From contig JAUYHB010000006.1 of NCBI GenBank assembly GCA_030690305.1, positions 84,574 to 148,573 on the forward strand: a stretch of 64,000 bases of DNA. The letters are read 5' to 3'. Positions 18,259 to 28,243 of the stretch are shown here, one piece after another. Source of the stretch: a bacterium (GTDB lineage: Bacteria > Patescibacteriota > Minisyncoccia > Phycocordibacterales > JAGLPS01). The notes under the pieces were generated by a model. That model searched no databases. It was not told where the DNA came from and saw only the letters and a list, made by a program, of their open reading frames with translations. The translations under genes were made by a program, and so were the position numbers. Each line of letters starts with the position of its first letter. Position 1 is the stretch's first letter.

Positions 18259-18783
18259 ATGAATATAAATATGTCCGCCAAAGGCGGATCCGCCTCTGGC
18301 GGGAAAAAAAGTTCAACAATATTTCTTCAGGTAGTCGTTGTACTCATCGGCATCGTGGCGCTAGCCATTATGATTCGATTTCCCCAAACCGAAGGAAGGG
18401 CCGCAAACTTAGACCTGTTCAGCATTTACGCTGACCCGTTCATTGTGTATATGTACCTCGCGTCTATTGCGTTTTTTGTTGCGCTGTATCAGGCATTTAA
18501 ATTGCTCGGGTACATTGGAAAAAATAGGGTGTTCTCGCAAGCGTCCGTGAACACGTTGCGTACAATAAAATACTGCGCAATGATACTCATCGGCTTTTTT
18601 GTGGGGGCAGAAGGCTACATTTTTATTGTCTCACGCAAAGTAGAGGAGGACATTGCAGGTGGCGTGATGATGGGTGTTATCTTAATTTTTGTCTCAACTG
18701 TCGTTGCTACTGCCGCGGCCGTGTTTGAGCGAATGTTACAAAGCGCCGTCGATATAAAGTCCGAGAACGACTTAACCGTCTAG
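18259..18783 (+). CDS. DUF2975 membrane protein
   Basis: FPQTEGRAANLDL, C-terminal IKSENDLTV. Confidence 0.85.
   Translation: MNINMSAKGGSASGGKKSSTIFLQVVVVLIGIVALAIMIRFPQTEGRAANLDLFSIYADPFIVYMYLASIAFFVALYQAFKLLGYIGKNRVFSQASVNTLRTIKYCAMILIGFFVGAEGYIFIVSRKVEEDIAGGVMMGVILIFVSTVVATAAAVFERMLQSAVDIKSENDLTV
18274..18303. repeat. 30-bp double-hairpin palindromic element, in frame within DUF2975
   Basis: TCCGCCAAAGGCGGA-TCCGCCTCTGGCGGG encoding SAKGGSASGG. Confidence 0.7.
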
Positions 18784-18811
18784 TTCGACAAGCTCACTAT
18801 AAATAATTACT

Positions 18812-19018
18812 ATGGCAATCATCATTAACATCGACGTTATGTTGGCGAAGCGGAAGATGAGCGTCACCGAGCTTGCCGAGAAAGTCGGCATCACGATGGC
18901 CAACATTTCCGTGTTGAAAAACGGCAAAGCGAAAGCCATTCGCCTATCAACTTTGGAGGCAATTTGTAAAGCCCTGGATTGTCAGCCCGGAGATATATTG
19001 GAGTACAAAAAGAAATGA
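18812..19018 (+). CDS. Cro/C1-type HTH regulator (YozG-like)
   Basis: ELAEKVGITMANISVLKNGKAKAIRLSTLEAICKALDCQPGD. Confidence 0.9.
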   Translation: MAIIINIDVMLAKRKMSVTELAEKVGITMANISVLKNGKAKAIRLSTLEAICKALDCQPGDILEYKKK

Positions 19019-19094
19019 AAAACTTTCGGGTTTGAAGTTTAGAGAACCTGAGGCAAGACTCTCGGTGTTTCAGGAGATTTGATAAAATAATCTT

Positions 19095-19346
19095 ATGACC
19101 AAAAAAGGAAACGCCACCGGTATGGTACACACGGTGCCGGCGGATTTACGAAAAGCCATTACTTCTACCCCTGCGGCGCGAGCAGTATGGGAAGATATCA
19201 CACCACTCGCGCGCAATGAGTGGATTTGCTGGGTTACGTCCGGCAAAAAAGCGGAGACGAGGGGTATCCGTATCGGGAAGGCACTCTCGAAGCTTAAAGG
19301 CGGAATGCGCAGACCCTGTTGCTGGGCGGGTTGTCCTCATCGTTGA
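19095..19346 (+). CDS. YdeI/OmpD-associated family protein
   Basis: WEDITPLARNEWICWV..KKAETR..RRPCCW. Confidence 0.8.
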   Translation: MTKKGNATGMVHTVPADLRKAITSTPAARAVWEDITPLARNEWICWVTSGKKAETRGIRIGKALSKLKGGMRRPCCWAGCPHR

Positions 19347-19415
19347 AAGCGGCTCTCCTAGGGTGAAAGCTTTGTGGAAGATGTTCATTTGCTTAAGAAT
19401 GCGTTAGAGTAAGAC

Positions 19416-20897
19416 GTGCCTAAAAAATCACCTCTTTCAGAGACTAGAGAAACACAAGAGATTATCATGCGCTTTGAAGGCGTATCTTTTTCGTATAACC
19501 ACCCTATCCTGGATAAGGTGGATTTTTCCGTCCGCCGAGGAATGAAAGTCGCTATCATGGGACAAAATGGCGCCGGCAAAAGCACCATATTCAAAATCAT
19601 TTCCGGAAGCCTCACTGTGGATGAAGGACTGGTGCAAAAAAATCAAAGACTCACTATCGCAACCGCCAATCAAAGTATGAGTAAAGAAGACCGCGAACTT
19701 ACCGTCCGTGAATACTTTGAGCGCTGTTTTGAAGAAAAAGTGTACGACATCGACCCAAAAATCGATGCGGTGCTTGAAATCGTCAATGTTCATGCTCCTC
19801 ACGACCGCCTGATTAAAACATTTTCAGGAGGCCAGCAGGCGCGCCTTCTCTTGGCCTCCGCGCTTATCCAAAATCCAGACCTGCTTCTCCTCGATGAGCC
19901 GACAAACAATCTCGATAAAGCAGGCATCGAGCATCTGACCGATTTTCTCAAGCAATACCCAAAAACCTGCATGGTGATTTCTCATGATGCAGAATTCCTG
20001 AATGCCTTCACCAAAGGAGTCCTTTACCTCGACATATATACGAGAAAGGTTGAGCAGTACGCCGGAAATTATTTTGACCTGGTGAATGAAATTTCCGCCC
20101 GAATCGAGCGCGAAAACAGAAAAAATGCCCAGCTCGCCAAAAAAATTCAAGACAACAAAGACAAAGTGAACTTTTTTGCCCAAAAGGGCGGAAAGATGCG
20201 TTTGGTGGCAAAGAAAATGCGGGAAGAAATTGAAGAGCTCGAGGAAGAGAAAGTGGATGTGCGCAAAGAAGACAGAACGATTCGTCCCTTCACTATTCCC
20301 TCTCAGCCTGACGTTATCGGCGAAATAGTGGGTATCACTTCCTACACCACCATGGACAAAAAGACTCACAAAATAAAAAAACATCTCTGCAAAATTTCCC
20401 TTAAGAGACGGCAGCATCTCTTACTTTCCGGACCGAACGGCATCGGGAAAAGCACACTTCTTGAAACGCTTGCTCAAGGCGACACCCACGGCATAAGCAT
20501 CGCCGATGGAGTGCGCGTCGGGTACTATCGCCAAGATTTCTCAACTCTCGACCATGAGGAGACTGTCTATGACACCCTGAATAAAGTTATGGACAAACAA
20601 ATAGAACAAAACCTGCGAAGCGTTGCCGCAGGCTTTCTTCTGTCAGCCGATGTTATGCACAAAAAAATCGGGGTGCTTTCCGACGGCCAGAAAGGACTGG
20701 TGGCCTTTGCCCAGCTCGTACTGCTTCGTCCCGGGCTTCTTATACTCGATGAGCCGACAAATCATATTAACTTCCGTCATATACCGGTTATTGCGAAAGC
20801 CCTTGATGCATACGAAGGCGCTATGATTTTGGTCAGCCACGTGCCGGAATTCGTCAAAGAGATTCGCATTGATGAGAGGCTCGATTTGGACAGATAA
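19416..20897 (+). CDS. ABC-F family ATPase
   Basis: Two ABC domains (GQNGAGKST, GPNGIGKST, LDEPTN twice), no TMs. Confidence 0.9.
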   Translation: MPKKSPLSETRETQEIIMRFEGVSFSYNHPILDKVDFSVRRGMKVAIMGQNGAGKSTIFKIISGSLTVDEGLVQKNQRLTIATANQSMSKEDRELTVREYFERCFEEKVYDIDPKIDAVLEIVNVHAPHDRLIKTFSGGQQARLLLASALIQNPDLLLLDEPTNNLDKAGIEHLTDFLKQYPKTCMVISHDAEFLNAFTKGVLYLDIYTRKVEQYAGNYFDLVNEISARIERENRKNAQLAKKIQDNKDKVNFFAQKGGKMRLVAKKMREEIEELEEEKVDVRKEDRTIRPFTIPSQPDVIGEIVGITSYTTMDKKTHKIKKHLCKISLKRRQHLLLSGPNGIGKSTLLETLAQGDTHGISIADGVRVGYYRQDFSTLDHEETVYDTLNKVMDKQIEQNLRSVAAGFLLSADVMHKKIGVLSDGQKGLVAFAQLVLLRPGLLILDEPTNHINFRHIPVIAKALDAYEGAMILVSHVPEFVKEIRIDERLDLDR

Positions 20898-20943
20898 AAG
20901 ATATAAGCATAGATATCGGAAATTTATATAACAACTTTAGCGT

Positions 20944-21057
20944 ATGAAAAAAACACGTAACGGCTGGAAAACATGCGGCAGAGGGCACAAATTTCGCGGA
21001 AATTCCCCCTGCCCCGTGTGTTGGCCGGGGAGACTGAAGAGAAAACAGGGGAAATAA
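20944..21057 (+). CDS. 37-aa basic Zn-knuckle microprotein
   Basis: [37 protein letters not shown]. Confidence 0.55.
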   Translation: MKKTRNGWKTCGRGHKFRGNSPCPVCWPGRLKRKQGK

Positions 21058-21149
21058 GAAACTTCCCTCCTGTGAGAACGCAACCCTTTACAATCCTAAA
21101 TTAGTGATATAATCGGTGGGTAGTATTTATAAGACAATTATTAAACAAT

Positions 21150-21404
21150 ATGGCAAAAGAAAATTCCGCCTTTATGAAGCCGTTGACCGTAAGTGCCGAC
21201 CTTGCAGCCGTTGTTGGCGCAGGCCCGATGCCTCGGTCTGAAGTCGTCAAAAAGCTTTGGGTGTACATAAAGAAAAACAATCTCCAGGACCCGACAAACA
21301 AGCGCAATATCAATGGGGATGAGGCTCTAAAAAAGGTTTTCGGCGGCAAAGCGACCGTTAACATGTTTGAAATGACGAAACTCGTTTCTAAACACCTTTC
21401 CTAG
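21150..21404 (+). CDS. Stand-alone SWIB/MDM2 domain protein
   Basis: MPRSEVVKKLWVYIKKNNLQDPTNKRNI..MFEMTKLVSKHL. Confidence 0.9.
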   Translation: MAKENSAFMKPLTVSADLAAVVGAGPMPRSEVVKKLWVYIKKNNLQDPTNKRNINGDEALKKVFGGKATVNMFEMTKLVSKHLS

Positions 21405-21425
21405 TCTTTACAGTTCCCTACTTGG

Positions 21426-21464
21426 AAAAACCCGTCTTTCTTTCTGTAAGAAAGGCGGGTTTTT
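21426..21464 (+). terminator. Intrinsic terminator
   Basis: GAAAAACCCGTCTTTCTT..AAGAAAGGCGGGTTTTT. Confidence 0.7.
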
Positions 21465-21509
21465 TCGTCTCTATAGGAAGGTCGCAGCAAAAAATTACAA
21501 TTATTATCT

Positions 21510-22259
21510 ATGTATTTCTCACTTAAAAATATTTTTCGCACACTCGGTCTTATGTCGGTCATAGGGGCCATATTCGCTACGGTTCCCGTACTTGTTTCCG
21601 CGGACGAAGGAAATTTGCGTGGCAATATGCCGAATTTCGAAATCCACATAATCGATAACGGCAATGTTCTCGTTCGGGGGGCACAGGTCACAGCCGTCTC
21701 AGGTAATACGATTACCGCCTCAACCGCTATAGGCTCAACAACAGTCTCGTGGTTAGTAAACGTAAGCAGTTCAACAGACTTTATTCATAAATACTCGGGA
21801 AAATCGTCTCTCGCGGACATTTCCGTAGGTGACTATCTCAGTTTTTCCGGGAAAATGAATACAAGCGCTTCACAATTAACCGTCAATGCAAAGGTTATTA
21901 AAAACTGGTCGGTTGGAGAAACCCGCGCGACAGTTTCAGGAACAATAGAAAGCATTAACTCTTCGCTGCAAAACTTCGTGCTGGTAGGTAAAAAGCAAGC
22001 AACCACCACTGTTGCGGTTTCAAGCACCACTTCTATCTTCAAAAGCGGCACAACTACGCCCTTCTCTTCCCTCATAGTGGGAGATATTTTGAAGGTTTCG
22101 GGAATCTTCAGCAGCCAAAATACAATTTTGACTGCCGAGAAAATCGTAGTGAACGTCAAGGAGCAAGACGACGACAAGTCGGGAAAGGCTTTTGACAAAG
22201 ATTTCTTCAAGAAATTATGGGAACGGATAGGTGAAAGGTTCGATAAGAAAAAAGATTAA
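21510..22259 (+). CDS. Secreted DUF5666 (OB-like repeat) protein
   Basis: Signal peptide; repeated VTAVSG..ISVGD and GTIESIN..LIVGD units. Confidence 0.65.
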   Translation: MYFSLKNIFRTLGLMSVIGAIFATVPVLVSADEGNLRGNMPNFEIHIIDNGNVLVRGAQVTAVSGNTITASTAIGSTTVSWLVNVSSSTDFIHKYSGKSSLADISVGDYLSFSGKMNTSASQLTVNAKVIKNWSVGETRATVSGTIESINSSLQNFVLVGKKQATTTVAVSSTTSIFKSGTTTPFSSLIVGDILKVSGIFSSQNTILTAEKIVVNVKEQDDDKSGKAFDKDFFKKLWERIGERFDKKKD

Positions 22260-22344
22260 CCGCAAAAAAAACACCCCCTTGGGGGTGTTTTTTGTTTATG
22301 CGCATTGCCAACACACAACCGCATGCAAGTGAGGTAAAATAAGA

Positions 22345-23268
22345 ATGATGCAGAAAAACGAAAGAGGTTTTGTTGTTCAGGTACTTATCGCCCTTATTGC
22401 CGTGTTTGTCAGCAGCGGCATTTACCTTTTTATATATTCACAAAACAGAGAGGAGCGTGTCCAGGCAAAACTTGAAAACGCCAGAGAAAAAGCGGCGGCG
22501 GAAACGCAGAGACTCGACGACCTTAAAAAAGAATTCGGAGACGCGCATCCCCTTTATGCTGCCGTCCAGAACGGATATGTGGGAATAACAAACATTCTCC
22601 GAAACGCAGATACTTTTTTTGACACTTCCGATTCGGAAAATCCAAAAATCAGAATTGAAACAAAAACTTCCGCCATAGAGGCGGATATAAACGCGAAACG
22701 CGCGCAGATTGAGAACATGCTTGCAGAGTGGAAAAAGCAGGCGTCCCTTGCCCTTGCGACAGAAACAAATGCAGCCACAATCAACTCGATACAGGCTAGT
22801 GCCACTGTGATTCAGTCATTTATAAACGAACTGGCCGCCATTGTCGGCGCGCTTACTCCGTCAAATTCAGATTTAACACAAAGCGAAATTGACGGGTACA
22901 TTGAATTGCTTTCGGACGCCGCGGAGGAAATAGATGTCATTGTGGCATCTCTTGAAGCGGCAGAATCGTCTGTGGCCGATGCATCGGAAGAAACAACCAC
23001 AACTACCGTTACCACCGAACAAATAGAGACTCAGGAGGACGTGGTTACGCAAGCACAGGAGGAAGTTGCCGCCCTTGAAGAGGAATTGGAAGAAATCCAA
23101 TCCCAAACCGAAACCCCGGCAACAGAAGAACAGCCACAGGACACTTCTTCACAAGACGACACAACTTCCGATGGCGGTGTCGACTATACCGGAGAAAGTT
23201 CTTCCCCTGACCCGATAATTGTTGTTCCGGGTCCTCCACGATTGATTCAGGGAGCAAATAAAAACTAA
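22345..23268 (+). CDS. Membrane-anchored acidic coiled-coil protein with pilin-like N-terminus
   Basis: KNERGFVVQVLIALIAV then long helical, acidic region. Confidence 0.6.
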   Translation: MMQKNERGFVVQVLIALIAVFVSSGIYLFIYSQNREERVQAKLENAREKAAAETQRLDDLKKEFGDAHPLYAAVQNGYVGITNILRNADTFFDTSDSENPKIRIETKTSAIEADINAKRAQIENMLAEWKKQASLALATETNAATINSIQASATVIQSFINELAAIVGALTPSNSDLTQSEIDGYIELLSDAAEEIDVIVASLEAAESSVADASEETTTTTVTTEQIETQEDVVTQAQEEVAALEEELEEIQSQTETPATEEQPQDTSSQDDTTSDGGVDYTGESSSPDPIIVVPGPPRLIQGANKN

Positions 23269-23303
23269 GGTACAGAAAAAGCCGCCGAAATTTATCGGCG
23301 GCT

Positions 23304-23999
23304 TTACATATACTGATAAATCGAAAAACCGTGAGGAACATGGAGAGAGCGCGGATTTTTTCCATCCCACCGGATTTCCCCTCTTACCACAAGGTCGGTA
23401 ATAAAGGGTTGCATGGCATGTTCGTAATCACTGACTTTGTACTGAAGAGATTCGGCTGTGTCGTTTTCCTTGATTGGAATACTGAGTCGAAAGAAAACGG
23501 GTCCCCTGTCATACTCGTCGGGAGTAACAAAGTGCATGCAAAGCTGCGTGTGGTCAATCTCGCCTTTGTGAAAAGCTTCTATGACCGCTTCGTGGACATA
23601 ATAACCATACATCCCTTTCCCGCCAAAGCGAGGAAGAGGTCCCGGATGAATGTTGAATGTTTTTTCGGGCGGAAGCCCTTTTACATGCTTGAGCCATCCG
23701 GACAGGGCGATAAAATCGGGCTTTAGGTCATCCACTATCTTTTTGTACTCTTCTTCAACCCAAGGACCGGAAAAATACGTAAACGGAATTTTGAGTCTTT
23801 CCGCGCGTGCGCGAACTCCCCCGTTTTCACGACTGGAAACGACTCCGATAATGTCCGCGAAAAGTTTATTTTCCCGGGCATTGTGAACAAGGTTTTCAAA
23901 CCCTGAACCGCCGCTTCCATCCTTAGAACCCGAAGCGAAAATTAAAAGACGTGGCTTGTCCATAGTTCCCCTTTCAAGGTTCATGTTTTTCGTATCCAT
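23304..23999 (-). CDS. purN: Phosphoribosylglycinamide formyltransferase-like
   Basis: IFASGS, NIHPGPLPRFGGKGMYG..VHEAV, MHFV..EYDRGP. Confidence 0.75.
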   Translation of the reverse strand: MDTKNMNLERGTMDKPRLLIFASGSKDGSGGSGFENLVHNARENKLFADIIGVVSSRENGGVRARAERLKIPFTYFSGPWVEEEYKKIVDDLKPDFIALSGWLKHVKGLPPEKTFNIHPGPLPRFGGKGMYGYYVHEAVIEAFHKGEIDHTQLCMHFVTPDEYDRGPVFFRLSIPIKENDTAESLQYKVSDYEHAMQPFITDLVVRGEIRWDGKNPRSLHVPHGFSIYQYM

Positions 24000-24114
24000 A
24001 ATCTTTGGTTAAGGATAGTCCAAAGGAAGAATTATGCAACTTTTATAGAAGAAGGGAAAGAAGTATACTTTAACGTATTAGCACAGGCTCTCAATAGGTA
24101 AAAACAAGGAAAAA

Positions 24115-24762
24115 ATGAGTAATTCAACTGTAAACGGTATTATCATTTTCTTGATATTCGCCACGGTGGGCGCGGGAATAATCGCGTATCCTTCCCTTCC
24201 TCCGGAAGTCGCTTCGCATTGGGACGTAAACGGAGAAGTTAACGGATATATGCAGAAATTCTGGGGTGTTTTTCTTGTTCCGATGATAATGGCCGGTTTG
24301 TTTATTTTCTATCTCATTATTCCGACAATTGACCCATACCGCGCAAATATAGAAACATTTCGCAAACAATACAGCCTTATCTGGCTTATCGTATTCGGAT
24401 TTTTGTCATATATATTCGGCTTGACGCTGGCGTGGAATGTTGGGTATCGTTTCGACTTTACCATATTTATCATTCCCGCTTTTGCCCTAATGTGGTACTT
24501 TCTTGGAGATTTTCTTAAAGATTCAAAGCGAAATTGGTTTGTTGGTATTCGTACTCCATGGACTCTTTCAAGCGACGTAGTGTGGGAAAAAACTCATCGT
24601 CTTGGAGCAACATTATTTAAATTGAGTGCATTGCTGTCTCTTTTTGGGCTCCTGATTCCCAACAACGGCATACGTTTCTTTTTCGGAGTAATTCCCGTTC
24701 TCGTCATGTCGGTTGTTGTTGTCGTGTATTCTTACGTGGTATTTAGAAAAGAAATTCGATGA
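24115..24762 (+). CDS. SdpI/DUF1648 membrane protein
   Basis: VASHWDVNGEVNGY, NWFVGIRTPWTLSSDVVWEKTHR. Confidence 0.85.
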   Translation: MSNSTVNGIIIFLIFATVGAGIIAYPSLPPEVASHWDVNGEVNGYMQKFWGVFLVPMIMAGLFIFYLIIPTIDPYRANIETFRKQYSLIWLIVFGFLSYIFGLTLAWNVGYRFDFTIFIIPAFALMWYFLGDFLKDSKRNWFVGIRTPWTLSSDVVWEKTHRLGATLFKLSALLSLFGLLIPNNGIRFFFGVIPVLVMSVVVVVYSYVVFRKEIR

Positions 24763-25229
24763 AAGTCATTTCGCTTATTGTCTTTATCCTCATCGCCTAT
24801 GCTGCCGGAGCCCTCGGTGCCCAGCCTGTGGCGGAATCGATTGACACATGGTACGCGGAGCTTGTTAAACCCGCGTGGAATCCCCCAAGTTTTGTTTTCG
24901 GACCCGTTTGGTTTGTTCTATACACGCTTATGGGTATTGCCGTGTGGCGTGTGTGGAACAGGCGTTACAGCAATCCTTTATCCGAAAACGCGTTTATTTT
25001 TTATGCCATGCAACTGACGCTTAATGCCGCGTGGTCCCCTTTGTTTTTCGGTCTGCATAGCCCCTTCCTGGCCTTTCTGGACATTAGCGTTCTTGCTTTC
25101 CTGGTTGCGACCACGACTGCCATATTTTGGAGAATTGACAAAACCGCGGGTAAGCTTCTTGTCCCCTATTTTTGTTGGACCGTCTTTGCGTTGGTGCTTA
25201 ATCTTTCCATCTGGCAACTCAACGCTTAA
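24759..25229 (+). CDS. tspO: TspO/MBR family protein
   Basis: WYAELVKPAWNPPSFVFGPVW, LNAAWSPLFFG, LLVPY. Confidence 0.9.
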   Translation: MKVISLIVFILIAYAAGALGAQPVAESIDTWYAELVKPAWNPPSFVFGPVWFVLYTLMGIAVWRVWNRRYSNPLSENAFIFYAMQLTLNAAWSPLFFGLHSPFLAFLDISVLAFLVATTTAIFWRIDKTAGKLLVPYFCWTVFALVLNLSIWQLNA

Positions 25230-25350
25230 AAGATATTAGGGGGTTTTCCGGTTCTCCACAGTTTTTTCCCTACAAATCCGATATAATTGACAATACCGTC
25301 AGTCTGTTTATCAATTGTTAGGCTAATCGGTTTTCATCATTAAATTGGAA

Positions 25351-28176
25351 ATGAAAAAACTTTTATTACAGACACTTTTAATAGCAAGTGGTTTCTTTTT
25401 GGTGTCGGTAGACGCAACCGCGGCAACATACTACGTAAGAACGGACGGAGGCACGGCGACACAGTGTAGTGGCCTTGCAGATGCGGCGTATTCTGGAAGC
25501 GGGACAAACCAAAGTTGCGCTTTTAACCACCCTAACTGGGCCCTTTCTATTGTAGGAGGTAACCCGACCAAGCTCCAGGGCGGGGATACTCTCATTATTG
25601 ACGGCTCGAATGGAGCCCAATATATGATGGGTTGGGGGTCACCCAATATTCCGAGCACTAGCAACTGCTATTCTGCCTGGGCTTATGATTGCGTTCAGCG
25701 TCCAGTTCCTTCAGGCCCCAGTGCCTCCCAACCAACACGAATTTTAGGGAAGGGCTGGGATAGTGGCTGTGCCGCTCCCCCACAACTCTGGGGAACTCAG
25801 CGAGTGAGTTATATTTTAAACCTCCAAGGAAGTGACAACGTCCAAATGCAATGTCTTGAGATTACTGACCATTCTAACTGTATTGAATTTGGCCCGACAA
25901 ATGCCTGTAATCGAAGTACTTATCCGTTTGGAGAATGGGCAGGGACCGGTATTAAAGCATCCGACAGCGATAATGTTTTGATTAAAAATCTCAATATTCA
26001 CGGGCTTCGGGCAGGTGTGCATGCTGGGCGTCTTTCTAATTGGACAATTGAAAATACCACTATCGCCAATAATTCCTTTGTCGGATGGGACGGAGATATC
26101 GGAGCAAATAATTCTTATAACACCGGAAACATAATTTTTCGAAATACCAAGATTCTCTATTCCGGTTGTGGAGAAACGTATCCCGGCAAACAGCCCTATA
26201 GTTGTTATAGCCAAAGCCAGGGGGGTTATGGGGATGGTATCGGAACTCACTTAACGGGAGGAGCGTGGGTTTTTGAAAATGTTGACATCAGTCACAATGT
26301 TTCTGATGGCCTTGACCTCCTTTATGGTGATGGCACGGGAAGTGTTACAATCCAACGTTCACGTTTTGAAGGAAATGCGGGAAATCAGGTGAAGGCTACC
26401 TCCCCCGTAACAATTGAAAACTCCGTTATCATTGGCAATTGTGGATATTTCAGCGGTCAAAGCTTTACCTCAACTAAAAATATAAGTGGCGCAAACGCCG
26501 GTTTCGACAGCTGTCGGGCAGCCGGGAATAGCATTTCGCTTAGTTATGCGAAACCAGGTACTCAGCATTCAATTTATAATTCAACTATTACAGGAAATGG
26601 TGATGTGCTTGTGCTCACAGGCGGAAGCGGGTGCAACGGAAGTGAGAAAGTCATTTCAAGAAATAATATTTTTGTGGGCGGGCCTCAGTTTTTTCCCGGA
26701 GACACATCTGATCTTTATTACGCGGCTGGAACAGGAGGAAACGGTGACGGAGCTTGTGGCGCAGTAACCCTTGATAATGATTACTCTGTTATTTGGGGCA
26801 CTAAAGACGGCGCAGCAGATTGTACTGGTAAAACCAATCTCTTCTGTCAAGACCCTAAATTCGTATCTTCATTTGTTCAAAACTTTAAAGGATTACTCAC
26901 TAACGTAGCCATTCAGGCTGTAAGTCCTGCCGTTAACAAAGCAACTGTGCTTGCGGGGAAATCATCACTTGATTTCAACTCTTTTGCTCGTGGAACCAGT
27001 TGGGATATTGGGGCACTTGAGTATGCTTCTGTCTCTTCCACTCCGACTCCAGTTCCTACACCAACGCCTACACCTACCCCAGCACCTACACCGACCCCAA
27101 CGCCAACACCCGTACTTGATACGACGGTTCCTGTTATTTCCTCTTTTGACGTCCAGCCTCGAACTACGACCACGGGCGCTGTAACTGCAACATTTTCTGT
27201 CACCGATACCGGTGGATCCTACTTGGCTTCCGCCAAGCTATATAAAGCATTGGATAATGGTTCTACTTGCTCCTCAAGCAATAAAACAGGTTGCAACTGG
27301 GTTAGTGCTGGTTCCCTTTCCGCTCCTGCTTCTATAAATTCCTGGAGCAGTACAATGACTGATACTATCTCGTCTGCCGGAACATATTGGTATGGTCTGC
27401 ATGTTCTAGATAATGCGGGTAATGACGGAAATGAACCCGCAGTCATACAAGTTGTAAGACAAAATCCAGTTCCTACACCAACGCCGGCTCCGACACCTAC
27501 TCCAACGCCTGCCCCTGCTCCAGCACCCACCCCTGAAACAAAATTTGTTGCGGGAGATAGGGTACAGGTTGCTAATGGCCCCCTCAACGTACGAGCAAGT
27601 GGCTTTATTGGCGCTTCCCTCCTGGGCGTTCAACACGTAGGGGCATTGGGTATTGTAATTGGAGGCCCGGCCTCGGCTAACGGCTATCGTTGGTGGAATA
27701 TAAATTACGATGAAGGTATTGATGGGTGGTCCGCTGAAGACTACCTTACAAAATTTGTTGTTCAAACACCTACTCCACTTCCGACGCCAACTCAAACGCC
27801 GGCCCCTATTGATACTTCTTTAACCAACCTATACGGCATTACAACTCAAATTGAAACATTGATAGCCCAGCTTAAGGCTTCAGGAGTTGCGGCGCGTTCA
27901 AACAGCGAACAATACATCGGTTTCGTACCCTTAAGCAGTATGAGAAGTTTAAGCAGTTCTTCAATAGGGTTTGATGTTTTTAAACTGCAATACTTCCTTA
28001 TAACACAGGATAAGGGTGTAGCGACTCAGAATCTCAAGGCTACCGGAGCAACAGGATATTTCGGTTCCGTGACTAAAGCCGCACTTCTTGAATGGCAAAA
28101 GAGCGTGGGAATCAGTCCTGCCGACGGGTACTTTGGACCGCGAACAAAGACGTATCTTAAATCGATCGGTTTGTAG
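25351..28176 (+). CDS. Large secreted protein: right-handed beta-helix, PT linkers, Ig-like, SH3b-like and peptidoglycan-binding domains
   Basis: Signal peptide, ATYYVRTDGG, G/N/D-rich repeats ending DIGALEY, PT runs, LNVRAS..WWNINYD..GWSAEDYL, TGYFGSVTKAALLEWQ..GYFGPRT. Confidence 0.75.
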   Translation: MKKLLLQTLLIASGFFLVSVDATAATYYVRTDGGTATQCSGLADAAYSGSGTNQSCAFNHPNWALSIVGGNPTKLQGGDTLIIDGSNGAQYMMGWGSPNIPSTSNCYSAWAYDCVQRPVPSGPSASQPTRILGKGWDSGCAAPPQLWGTQRVSYILNLQGSDNVQMQCLEITDHSNCIEFGPTNACNRSTYPFGEWAGTGIKASDSDNVLIKNLNIHGLRAGVHAGRLSNWTIENTTIANNSFVGWDGDIGANNSYNTGNIIFRNTKILYSGCGETYPGKQPYSCYSQSQGGYGDGIGTHLTGGAWVFENVDISHNVSDGLDLLYGDGTGSVTIQRSRFEGNAGNQVKATSPVTIENSVIIGNCGYFSGQSFTSTKNISGANAGFDSCRAAGNSISLSYAKPGTQHSIYNSTITGNGDVLVLTGGSGCNGSEKVISRNNIFVGGPQFFPGDTSDLYYAAGTGGNGDGACGAVTLDNDYSVIWGTKDGAADCTGKTNLFCQDPKFVSSFVQNFKGLLTNVAIQAVSPAVNKATVLAGKSSLDFNSFARGTSWDIGALEYASVSSTPTPVPTPTPTPTPAPTPTPTPTPVLDTTVPVISSFDVQPRTTTTGAVTATFSVTDTGGSYLASAKLYKALDNGSTCSSSNKTGCNWVSAGSLSAPASINSWSSTMTDTISSAGTYWYGLHVLDNAGNDGNEPAVIQVVRQNPVPTPTPAPTPTPTPAPAPAPTPETKFVAGDRVQVANGPLNVRASGFIGASLLGVQHVGALGIVIGGPASANGYRWWNINYDEGIDGWSAEDYLTKFVVQTPTPLPTPTQTPAPIDTSLTNLYGITTQIETLIAQLKASGVAARSNSEQYIGFVPLSSMRSLSSSSIGFDVFKLQYFLITQDKGVATQNLKATGATGYFGSVTKAALLEWQKSVGISPADGYFGPRTKTYLKSIGL

Positions 28177-28243
28177 GAAACTTCTTATATAATCCGTATG
28201 ATAAAATACTCTCTGTTACAAGCGGAGAGTATTTTTTAAAAAA

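Noticed and set aside
27041-27111. Short periodic repeats (also near 27467-27534 and 27767-27807)
   Set aside because: They encode Pro-Thr linkers with varied codons
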